Assembly: GCA_963737635.1 (NCBI GenBank)
Contig: CAVTTL010000001.1
Coordinates: 928,001-992,000 of the forward strand
Length of the DNA stretch: 64,000 nt
Source of the DNA: an uncultured Methanoregulaceae archaeon
GTDB taxonomy: Archaea > Halobacteriota > Methanomicrobia > Methanomicrobiales > Methanospirillaceae
Direction: 5' to 3'
Below the pieces are notes generated by a model that was not told the origin of the DNA, did not search any database, and was given only the letters and a program-made list of their open reading frames with translations. Position 1 is the stretch's first letter. Each line of letters begins with the position of its first letter. Below, one piece after another: positions 46,971 through 54,587 of this stretch. The position numbers and the translations under genes are program-made.

Positions 46971-47576
46971 ATGATCGCGCATCTGAACGGAACGCCGACC
47001 GCTACCGGCGACCGTTGGATTGTGTTGGAGGTTAATGATATCGGCTACCGGGTGCATATGCCGGAGCCAGAGGTATGCGAGCTCTCCCATGCTCCCGGCA
47101 AAGTAAAAATTCATACATACATGGCGGTGCGTGAGGACGCGATCACCCTATATGGGTTCCTGCACGAAAGTGAGCTCGAGCTCTTCACTGTCCTTATAGG
47201 TGTCTCCGGCATAGGGCCGCAAATCGCCCTTAACATCCTCTCCCAGATCTCTCTTGAGGATTTCGTTCTTGCCATTCTTTCCGGTGATGAAAAAAGTCTG
47301 GTAAGGATTTCGGGCATCGGACAAAAGGGCGCGCAGCGATTGATTCTCGAACTCCGGGACAAGATGAAAAAAGTTCAGGGATCTATGACTCAACCTCTGT
47401 CCGGAAAACAGGATCAAACTATCCGGGATGCGGCAAGTGCCCTCATTTCCCTTGGCTTTGCCGAGACTGCCTCGTACGAAGCGGTAAAAGTGGCAGCCCG
47501 GGGATTGACTTCCGCGTCTGTACAGGATGTCATCAAGGCCGCGCTCAAGCATCTTAAGGAGGCCGAACGAAGGTGA
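46971..47576 (+). CDS. ruvA: Holliday junction branch migration protein RuvA
   Basis: VREDAITLYGF, VSGIGP..AL and ALISLGF motifs. Confidence 0.95.
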   Translation: MIAHLNGTPTATGDRWIVLEVNDIGYRVHMPEPEVCELSHAPGKVKIHTYMAVREDAITLYGFLHESELELFTVLIGVSGIGPQIALNILSQISLEDFVLAILSGDEKSLVRISGIGQKGAQRLILELRDKMKKVQGSMTQPLSGKQDQTIRDAASALISLGFAETASYEAVKVAARGLTSASVQDVIKAALKHLKEAERR

Positions 47577-48580
47577 GCGAACGGGTCATCTCCCCGGAAC
47601 CAGCTGCATGTGATTCTGACGAGATCACGTTACGGCCGGCAACACTTAATGCCTTTATCGGGCAGGAACCGGCAAAAGACGCGCTCCGGATCGCGATTGC
47701 GGCCGCCCAGCAGAGAGGCGAGCCGATCGACCATATCCTGTTTGCCGGGCCGCCGGGTCTTGGGAAGACAACTCTCGCGCATATCATCGCGCGAGAAATG
47801 GGAGCGGCGATACGAACCACAACAGGCCCGGTGCTTGAGAAACCCGGGGATATTGCAGCACTCGTTACCGCACTCCAAGAAGGCGATGTGCTCTTTATCG
47901 ATGAGATCCACCGCATGAACCCGGTCGTCGAAGAGATCCTTTACCCGGCAATGGAGGACTTTTTTATCGATGTTATGATAGGTGAGGGGCCCAGCGCCCG
48001 ATCAATCAAACTTACGCTCGAGCACTTCACATTGATCGGAGCGACAACCCGGCAGGGTCTTCTGAGTTCGCCATTCAGAGACAGGTTCGGGATCATCATT
48101 CGCCTGAACCTGTATTCTCCCGGGGATCTTGTCGAAATCGTAAAACGGAGTGCGACGATCCTCAATATCCCGATAACACCGGATGGTGCGGCCGCGATCG
48201 CTGCCCGGAGCAGGGGAACACCAAGGATCGGCAACCGGCTCCTGCGACGGGTGCGGGACTACGCCACGGTGAAAGGGAATGGGACAATAACTGCCGAAAT
48301 TGCAGATGAAGGTCTCACTCTGCTCCAGATCGATGAACTGGGGCTTGACGATATCGATCGCCGTATCATATCGGTTATCGCGGACGATTTCGGTGGAGGC
48401 CCGGTCGGCGTAAAAACGATTGCAATCTCAGTAGGCGAAGAGGTCAGGACAATAGAAGAGGTCTACGAACCCTATCTTATCCAGATCGGGTTTGTGAAGC
48501 GCACCTCTCAGGGCCGGGAGACGACCCCCGCAGCACTTGCGCACCTTAAACTGAACCATACCCAGAAAACCCTCTTCTGA
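47573..48580 (+). CDS. ruvB: Holliday junction helicase RuvB
   Basis: GPPGLGKT, FIDEIHR, LYPAMEDF and SRGTPRI motifs. Confidence 0.96.
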   Translation: MSERVISPEPAACDSDEITLRPATLNAFIGQEPAKDALRIAIAAAQQRGEPIDHILFAGPPGLGKTTLAHIIAREMGAAIRTTTGPVLEKPGDIAALVTALQEGDVLFIDEIHRMNPVVEEILYPAMEDFFIDVMIGEGPSARSIKLTLEHFTLIGATTRQGLLSSPFRDRFGIIIRLNLYSPGDLVEIVKRSATILNIPITPDGAAAIAARSRGTPRIGNRLLRRVRDYATVKGNGTITAEIADEGLTLLQIDELGLDDIDRRIISVIADDFGGGPVGVKTIAISVGEEVRTIEEVYEPYLIQIGFVKRTSQGRETTPAALAHLKLNHTQKTLF

Positions 48581-48698
48581 ACGAAGAAAAGATTCATAGT
48601 TTTTTCCCGGGGCTCGTCTGACTCATCCAAAAGATCCGGAATTCGGGGTGCAGACTAAAAAATGCCAAAGGGCATTCCCTGAAGTCTCATTAATCCTG

Positions 48699-49349
48699 CT
48701 AAAGAATCCTTGCTGTCCGATTGGAATGGACATGCCACATCACGACCCTCATCAGGAAGGGGAAGATCAAGTACATGTACATTGAGGAGAACGGTGCACT
48801 AAGAAGGATAAGTGCCATCCCAACAACTGCCGCAAGGATGATGGGAACCCGATCCATAACTGCATCCAGCACACGATCAGGATGCACCGGCCCGGTGAGG
48901 AGCGCCGGGCGGTGGATGATGTACTGCCACTGGATCAGGAAGAGACAACTGAGGGCCAACATATTTGCATGGAAGATAAGAGGTGCAATTGGGACATGTG
49001 AATAAGATCCAGAGAGGTTGGTCGAAAATGGCACCAGCACCACAAATATCAGGATCAGAACATTGAGCCAGAGCACGATTTTATCGACAGAACGGAGGAA
49101 ATGGAAGTGTTCGTGGTGTACGATCCAGAGACTTGCCAAGATAAAAAATGCGATAAGGAAACTGAGGAACTGCGGGAACATTGTGGCAAGATACGCGGGC
49201 AGCTCGGTAGCGGCCTCCGCTTTAGGAATGGCAGGTACATTAAGGCCGACCACAAGCAGGGTCATAGCAAAAGCAAATACCCCATCGACCAATGCCTCAA
49301 GCCGGCTTTTCGAGATCAAGGTATTGTCCAAAATTTCTTCTGACTCCAT
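48699..49349 (-). CDS. TMEM175-family potassium channel (DUF1211)
   Basis: RLEALVDGVFAFAMTLLV and W..HH motifs. Confidence 0.88.
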   Translation of the reverse strand: MESEEILDNTLISKSRLEALVDGVFAFAMTLLVVGLNVPAIPKAEAATELPAYLATMFPQFLSFLIAFFILASLWIVHHEHFHFLRSVDKIVLWLNVLILIFVVLVPFSTNLSGSYSHVPIAPLIFHANMLALSCLFLIQWQYIIHRPALLTGPVHPDRVLDAVMDRVPIILAAVVGMALILLSAPFSSMYMYLIFPFLMRVVMWHVHSNRTARIL

Positions 49350-49531
49350 CAACCATCCTCAATAAATGGATTTTTGCATGTTTTACTTGTTTTCTTTTAA
49401 TTTCGATTGGAATGTCTAGGTATGTTTTTTCCGGGATTATTTCACAATCCTGATTATGCACCGAAATGAAAAAGGTGGTTAAGTCTCGCAATGGGGAATC
49501 CGGTTCTTTTTACTAAAAAAGATTTTGAGAA

Positions 49532-50719
49532 TTAGCAGGTATCGCGTTTCTTGATCATTTCCAGTGCTTCGAAGCCCTCGCGTCTCACGGAAACATTCTC
49601 GTCGGATAAAAGGCCGGTGAGGTGGTCAACCGCCTTCTGGTCACCAATTTCACCGAGGAGAAGAGCAGCCCGCTTCCGCACATCGCTCTGATCATCCTTG
49701 AGCACCATAATAAGCGGTGTCGTTGCCGGTTGCCCCAGCATCCAGAGTGCTTCCATGGCGCCTGTGCGTGTGCGCACATCGCCTTCACGGAAGACCTGCA
49801 TGAGCGGAGCAATCGCAGGTACTCCCAGTGTTGCAAGTGCCTTGACAACTTCGATCCTGACTGCCCTGTCAGTATCTGCGAGCGACTCAATGAGTGCAGG
49901 AATTGCAGTCGTATTCCCGATCTGGCCGAGAACCGCCGCGGCCTCTTTGCGGATACCCGGGTTCTGGCTGGACAGGGCGGCGATTAATGGCTCGACGGAA
50001 ATCTCCCCTATAGTGGTTAGGGCCAAGGCAGCCCTGCGGGAAACATCCTCATTTCTGTCGACGAGGGCCTGTATAAGGGGTGAAATCGCCGATTGACCTA
50101 GGGAGCAGAGTGTTGCCATTGCCGCCATCCGCACATGTTCCAAGGGATCGTTGAGGCTCTCAATCAGCGGAGCAACTGCACGCTGGTCACAAATCCTGCC
50201 TAGAGCGACAGCAGCCTCGTGCCGGACCCACGGGTCGGCATCTTTCAGGGTTTCAATCAGGTTTGGTACCGCCCGGGTCTCCCCCATGATCCCGAGGGCT
50301 TGGACGGCACCACGGCGGATAAAGGGATGGTTGTGCTTGAGCGATTGGATGAGCGGATTGACCGCCGGATCACCTATGAGCTGGAGTGCCCTGATGGTCT
50401 CCTGCCGGACATCTTCGCCCGGCTCGGTGAGTGCCCCGATCAGCGGTACGACCGCAGGTTCCCCTATTTTGCCCAGAGTATCGGCAGAGCCCCGCCTGAT
50501 AATCCAGAACTCGTCTTTGAGGCCATTGATAAGCGGCTCGATAAATGGTTCCCCGAGATCTCCAACAGATCTGACGGCATTCCACCGAGTATCAAGATCA
50601 CCGCTGGTCAGTGCCCTGAGGAAATTTTCATAGCGTTCCTTCTGGGCACGCAGCCGGGCCTCCTCCTCCTCACGGTTCCCGGACTTAAATACGTTGAGAA
50701 TTTTTTTAATGATCGCCAT
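49532..50719 (-). CDS. HEAT/PBS-lyase repeat protein
   Basis: About 11 tandem VR..A..ALG.IG..AV.PLI..L repeats. Confidence 0.92.
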   Translation of the reverse strand: MAIIKKILNVFKSGNREEEEARLRAQKERYENFLRALTSGDLDTRWNAVRSVGDLGEPFIEPLINGLKDEFWIIRRGSADTLGKIGEPAVVPLIGALTEPGEDVRQETIRALQLIGDPAVNPLIQSLKHNHPFIRRGAVQALGIMGETRAVPNLIETLKDADPWVRHEAAVALGRICDQRAVAPLIESLNDPLEHVRMAAMATLCSLGQSAISPLIQALVDRNEDVSRRAALALTTIGEISVEPLIAALSSQNPGIRKEAAAVLGQIGNTTAIPALIESLADTDRAVRIEVVKALATLGVPAIAPLMQVFREGDVRTRTGAMEALWMLGQPATTPLIMVLKDDQSDVRKRAALLLGEIGDQKAVDHLTGLLSDENVSVRREGFEALEMIKKRDTC

Positions 50720-50771
50720 GGATTTTCTCCCACGGGTTCATTGTTTGTATAAAATCCTTCAAATAGGTATC

Positions 50772-50780
50772 GGATGCCCG
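50772..50780 (+). repeat. Target-site duplication, left copy
   Basis: GGATGCCCG immediately left of the left TIR; identical to 54456-54464. Confidence 0.92.
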
Positions 50781-50840
50781 GGCTTTGCACGTAATGTCGA
50801 TCCTGCACGTAAAGTATTGATCTTGCACGTAAAGTCCAGT
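50781..50840 (+). repeat. Left TIR plus two subterminal TGCACGTAA(A/T)GT direct repeats
   Basis: Motif starts at 50786, 50804 and 50824. Confidence 0.9.
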
Positions 50841-50870
50841 TCTGGTAAGTCTACGAGAAAAAGAAGGAGG

Positions 50871-52277
50871 TTATTTGATTGACTTCAAGAGAGGATCATC
50901 TGCTCTATTAAGGTATAATTTTGCGGAGTTCCAGATCCCGTTAGATTTTGCTTCACGCATTCTTCGAGATTCCTCCGTATGGATCAACCTCATTGGCTTC
51001 GAGCAATTTATCCTGAAATCTCTATCCTTTGTTAATAGTTCCGGAGAGATCTTTTTAGGCAACCCCTCAATCGACGGGAATTCTCCGTGTTTTTTAATGA
51101 ATGTTTTTAGATCTTCAAGATTCATTTCAATGCATTTTTCGATAATCGGAGTTTTCCCAAATTTTGCTTCAGGATTTTTGGGGGCTCCACGTCTTCCATA
51201 TTTTTCAGAACCGCTAAGAAGACAACCGAATCCTTGAGTTGCATAATCCGTTAAATACAGTCCATACCATTTGGAGCGTGGGGTGATCACAGGGAGTTTG
51301 TATTCATGAGCAATATTCACGATATCATTTACAAACATTGCAAGCTGGGTTATCTTTCCCTTCTTTGCGGCATCCTCATACCCTTTGATTGTGACGGCAA
51401 CACCACCGAATCTTCCAGTGTTTATACCCTCTTTTACCATCTGTAATACGGTAGGAACATCATTACCCTGTCCAGGTTCAACGATATTCCAATCTACGTA
51501 AAGGTGGTAGTATGGGAATATGTCCTTTGCCTCAGTAGCATCTGACGCCATTTTGCACGCGAGGGATGCAGCTCTATTAGCCATCTTTATCCGAGATAAA
51601 AATGTCCTACTACTCGATTTTAACAGAGGTGGAACTGGCGGAATTACTATGGCATTAGGCATTTTTTGGGCTTCTGTAACAACTCCAAAAATATATGGGA
51701 AATATGCATCGTTGATTCTGGAATCGAGCCAAGCCTCTTCAAGATGCGATGATTTTTCATCATCAGCATTTTCGGTCTTAATATCGAGGTCTGATAATAT
51801 ACTCCGCATTTGCTTTTCAACGAATGGCTGGAAAAAGGGATCAACCATTTCGATTGCGGCCTTTTGATTATCCTTTTTCAAATAATTATTAAATTTTCTT
51901 GCTTTGCCCCTATCACCTTTTAAGGCGTAGGACACAAGAGTTTTTGTCAGAGTATATCTGAATAATTCAGGAGGATCGTAGAACATCACCGGATGTTCTT
52001 TCACAAAGTTTAGTGCCGACTGCAATCCTCTAAATGCATCCCCTTCTCTGAAAAGGGGATTTTCGATTAATTTCGTCCATCGATACGCGGGAACCATCAC
52101 AGGATTCCCGATGGGAAGAACTTTGCTGTTTTTTAATATTACCTCTATATCTTCATCGCCCTTAATTTCAGGGATAAATGAAGGTGCGGGGATTACAATA
52201 TCCCCGATAAGGTAACTTGTTGTTCTTCCTGCTGGCTGATCAAATACAAGAAATTGCTTTTGTTCTTGCTTCATCAT
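50871..52277 (-). CDS. Transposon cargo protein, 468 aa, possible TGT-like TIM barrel, function unknown
   Basis: Intact long ORF; N-terminal GRTTSYLIGDIVIPAPSFIP resembles the TGT start (AR.G......I.TP.F.P); alternating beta/alpha pattern; fold assignment tentative. Confidence 0.6.
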   Translation of the reverse strand: MMKQEQKQFLVFDQPAGRTTSYLIGDIVIPAPSFIPEIKGDEDIEVILKNSKVLPIGNPVMVPAYRWTKLIENPLFREGDAFRGLQSALNFVKEHPVMFYDPPELFRYTLTKTLVSYALKGDRGKARKFNNYLKKDNQKAAIEMVDPFFQPFVEKQMRSILSDLDIKTENADDEKSSHLEEAWLDSRINDAYFPYIFGVVTEAQKMPNAIVIPPVPPLLKSSSRTFLSRIKMANRAASLACKMASDATEAKDIFPYYHLYVDWNIVEPGQGNDVPTVLQMVKEGINTGRFGGVAVTIKGYEDAAKKGKITQLAMFVNDIVNIAHEYKLPVITPRSKWYGLYLTDYATQGFGCLLSGSEKYGRRGAPKNPEAKFGKTPIIEKCIEMNLEDLKTFIKKHGEFPSIEGLPKKISPELLTKDRDFRINCSKPMRLIHTEESRRMREAKSNGIWNSAKLYLNRADDPLLKSIK

Positions 52278-52828
52278 GTTCCTCCGTAATTTTCTTTTAA
52301 CTCTTTCAAATCTTCTATAAATCGTTCCAATTGTTCAATTGGAACCATTATAGCGCCTTCTGAAGTCTCCCCCTCAAGAACAGAATATCTTTTTTCAAGA
52401 ATGTGGAAAAAGATATTATCATTTTTTCCTTGGGCGATAGTACTTTCGAGGATTGTGTCTTTGCAATCCAGTCTTCTCTTTCCCAAGTGATGTAGTGGTT
52501 TTCCGTTATGATAGTACAGTATTATCTTGTGGTTCTTTTTCTGAGAGTAAACTTCCCTTAACCCGATTAGTTTATCGAGATGTTTTTTAATCGAGACGCG
52601 ATTCAGGTGAGTAAGAGTAGATATTTCTTCGATGGTGAGCCCCGCTTTTCCGAATTCTCTAACGGCACGTCGAACCTTTTCTCTTGTGAAAGTCTCTCGA
52701 ACTTCGGGACTGAGATGTTTCCAGTTTTCTGAATCAAAGTCAAAGTAGTCACTAGTGACCGGGTTATCCAATTCTTCCAAGTCGCTTAACCTAATTGACG
52801 GTACAACATTTTTCGAAATCATTGCCAT
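52274..52828 (-). CDS. Transposon cargo protein: winged-HTH plus PUR/PC4-like C-terminal domain
   Basis: GLTIEEISTLTHLNRVSIKKHLDKL..LREVY wHTH; C-terminal FFHILEK...AIMVPIEQLERFIEDL; ATGA overlap with the downstream ORF. Confidence 0.65.
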   Translation of the reverse strand: MAMISKNVVPSIRLSDLEELDNPVTSDYFDFDSENWKHLSPEVRETFTREKVRRAVREFGKAGLTIEEISTLTHLNRVSIKKHLDKLIGLREVYSQKKNHKIILYYHNGKPLHHLGKRRLDCKDTILESTIAQGKNDNIFFHILEKRYSVLEGETSEGAIMVPIEQLERFIEDLKELKENYGGT

Positions 52829-52853
52829 CTCGAATAGATATTTGCATATGTTA

Positions 52854-52870
52854 TATTTAAATTTTACTCG
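52854..52870 (-). promoter_or_regulatory. Putative BRE/TATA promoter of the cargo operon
   Basis: Minus strand CGAGTAAAA-TTTAAATA ending about 25 nt before the ATG at 52828, consistent with a leaderless archaeal transcript. Confidence 0.5.
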
Positions 52871-52908
52871 AATGGAGGGAAAATCAAAATAAATCCAGAG
52901 GTTTTATT

Positions 52909-53058
52909 TTAGTTTGTTCTCTTCTCTTTTTTCGGAGTATTCCAATATGGACTCTTACACTTCGGACAGACTTTGGGCTCGTCAGTGCCTCTGGCGATCC
53001 ATTCGTGCCCACACCGTTCACACTGGTAACCATCGACTACGAGTTTCACTTTAGCCAT
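52909..53058 (-). CDS. 49-aa zinc-ribbon microprotein (not in ORF track)
   Basis: Manual translation MAKVKLVVDGYQCERCGHEWIARGTDEPKVCPKCKSPYWNTPKKEKRTN has CxxC and CPxC pairs. Confidence 0.85.
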   Translation of the reverse strand: MAKVKLVVDGYQCERCGHEWIARGTDEPKVCPKCKSPYWNTPKKEKRTN

Positions 53059-53071
53059 GATGCATAATATG

Positions 53072-53166
53072 TTACTTTGTTAGTATATAATTATGTAAGA
53101 TATTACCAACTAATCAACAAGTATATATGCAATGCTTACGTATATAGTAATATACCAACAAGGTAA
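53072..53166. promoter_or_regulatory. 17-bp imperfect inverted repeat across the divergent promoter region (putative operators)
   Basis: TTACTTTGTTAGTATAT (53072-53088) versus reverse complement of 53150-53166 TTACCTTGTTGGTATAT: 15/17 identical. Confidence 0.6.
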
Positions 53167-53185
53167 GTTTAAGGAGTGAAAAAAG

Positions 53186-54421
53186 ATGCAAACCAACAAA
53201 CCCCTAACCACCAGCCGCGAAGAGAGGGGGCGAGCAATCGCAGAAAAGAGCGGTATGATTCAGAAAGTCAAAGACAACCAGTACAAGGTAAAGTCACAGT
53301 CTGGGAATGGTTCGTATGAGATCAAAATCGGCAAGAACGGAGCAGAATGTAGTTGCCCGGATTTCCAGAACCGGCACCAACCGTGCAAGCACATTCTAGG
53401 GCTTCGCTATTACCTCGAAGTGCAGAAAGATACGCCTCAGGGAACAGTCACCGAGAAGGTACGCTTAACATACTCTCAGGCATGGAGCGCGTACAACGCC
53501 GCACAGACTGAGGAGATCAAGATATTCGATGCTCTCCTGAAAGACTTGGTAAAAGCAATTCCTGAGCCCGAACAGAAGATGGGAAGACCACGCATACCGA
53601 TAAGTGAAAATCTGTTCTGCGCCATTCAGAAGGTTTACAGCCAGTTATCCAGCCGTCGCGCTCACAGTCTGTTCCAGAACGCGGTAGAGAAGAATCAGAT
53701 CGACCATGCGCCGTACTTCAATGCACCGTCGGCTCTCTTCAACAAACCCGAAATAACGCCCATTCTTCAGGAGTTAGTCACACTCTCAGCGTTACCCGTC
53801 GCTGAGCTGGAAACTGACTTCGCGGTAGATTCTACCGGGTTCAGGACGACAACTTTTAGTGAATACTGCGGGATGAAACACGGTCAGAAGAAGGCGCACC
53901 GGTGGATCAAGGCACACATGGCGACCGGCATTAAGACCAACATCGTTACCAGTATCGAAGTGACTTCTGAGAACTGCCACGACTCCCCGCAGTTCAAACC
54001 CCTCGTGAAAGACATTTCAAAGAACTTCGCTATCCGCGAGATTTCCGCCGACAAAGCATATTCATCGCGTGATAACTACGAAGCTGTAAATGAACTCGGC
54101 GGTACTGCTTATATCCCGTTCAAGAACCATGCAACCGGTAAGACACGTGGATCTCCCATCTGGAAGAAGATGTACCACTATTTCCAGCTCAACAAAGATG
54201 AGTTCATGGAGCACTATCACAAGCGGAGTAACACTGAGTCAACCAACGCGGCAATCAAGCGTAAGTTCGGAGAGACTCTGAAATCAAAGAACCATACTGC
54301 TCAGATCAATGAACTTCTGGCAAAGATCATCGCTTATAATCTGACGGTAGTAATCCACGAGATGTACGAGAACGGGATCACACCGGATTTCCTGCACGTA
54401 AAGTCCGGTGTCTGCACGTAA
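53186..54421 (+). CDS. DDE transposase (IS5/IS903-like) with N-terminal SWIM zinc finger
   Basis: SWIM motif CSCPDF....PCKH; catalytic AVDSTG and SADKAY, and YHKRSNTESTNAAIK (YREK) motif; AAGGAG RBS; stop codon lies inside a subterminal repeat. Confidence 0.92.
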   Translation: MQTNKPLTTSREERGRAIAEKSGMIQKVKDNQYKVKSQSGNGSYEIKIGKNGAECSCPDFQNRHQPCKHILGLRYYLEVQKDTPQGTVTEKVRLTYSQAWSAYNAAQTEEIKIFDALLKDLVKAIPEPEQKMGRPRIPISENLFCAIQKVYSQLSSRRAHSLFQNAVEKNQIDHAPYFNAPSALFNKPEITPILQELVTLSALPVAELETDFAVDSTGFRTTTFSEYCGMKHGQKKAHRWIKAHMATGIKTNIVTSIEVTSENCHDSPQFKPLVKDISKNFAIREISADKAYSSRDNYEAVNELGGTAYIPFKNHATGKTRGSPIWKKMYHYFQLNKDEFMEHYHKRSNTESTNAAIKRKFGETLKSKNHTAQINELLAKIIAYNLTVVIHEMYENGITPDFLHVKSGVCT

Positions 54422-54455
54422 TGTCGGGTCAAATCCCTACTTTACGTGCAAAGCC
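54393..54455. repeat. Right end: two direct TGCACGTAA repeats plus inverted right TIR
   Basis: Motif at 54393 and 54413 on the plus strand; TTACGTGCAAAGCC at 54442-54455. Confidence 0.9.
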
Positions 54456-54464
54456 GGATGCCCG
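54456..54464 (+). repeat. Target-site duplication, right copy
   Basis: GGATGCCCG identical to 50772-50780. Confidence 0.92.
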
Positions 54465-54587
54465 TGACATGGCCAAAACTCTTAATCAGAAAAAATAAAC
54501 GGACGCTTCCTTTTCTGAGGCGTATTATACATTATTTAGTTTAAACAAGTTCAGATTATTATTTTTCTCAAAATTTCTGCGGTACAC

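Larger units (their letters stand above)
50781..54455. mobile_element. Cargo-carrying IS5-family (IS903-like) transposon, 3,675 bp
   Basis: TIRs GGCTTTGCACGTAATGTCG and reverse-complement GGCTTTGCACGTAAAGTAG (14 bp perfect, 17/19 overall); 9-bp TSD; single DDE transposase; three passenger ORFs; visibly AT-richer than the flanks. Confidence 0.92.

Noticed and set aside
49532-50719. HEAT-repeat gene as part of the transposon
   Set aside because: Lies outside the left TSD and has host-like composition
50781-50840. Short repeats read as a mini CRISPR array
   Set aside because: Units are about 12 bp with 6-8 bp spacers, match the transposon TIR, and no cas genes are present in the window
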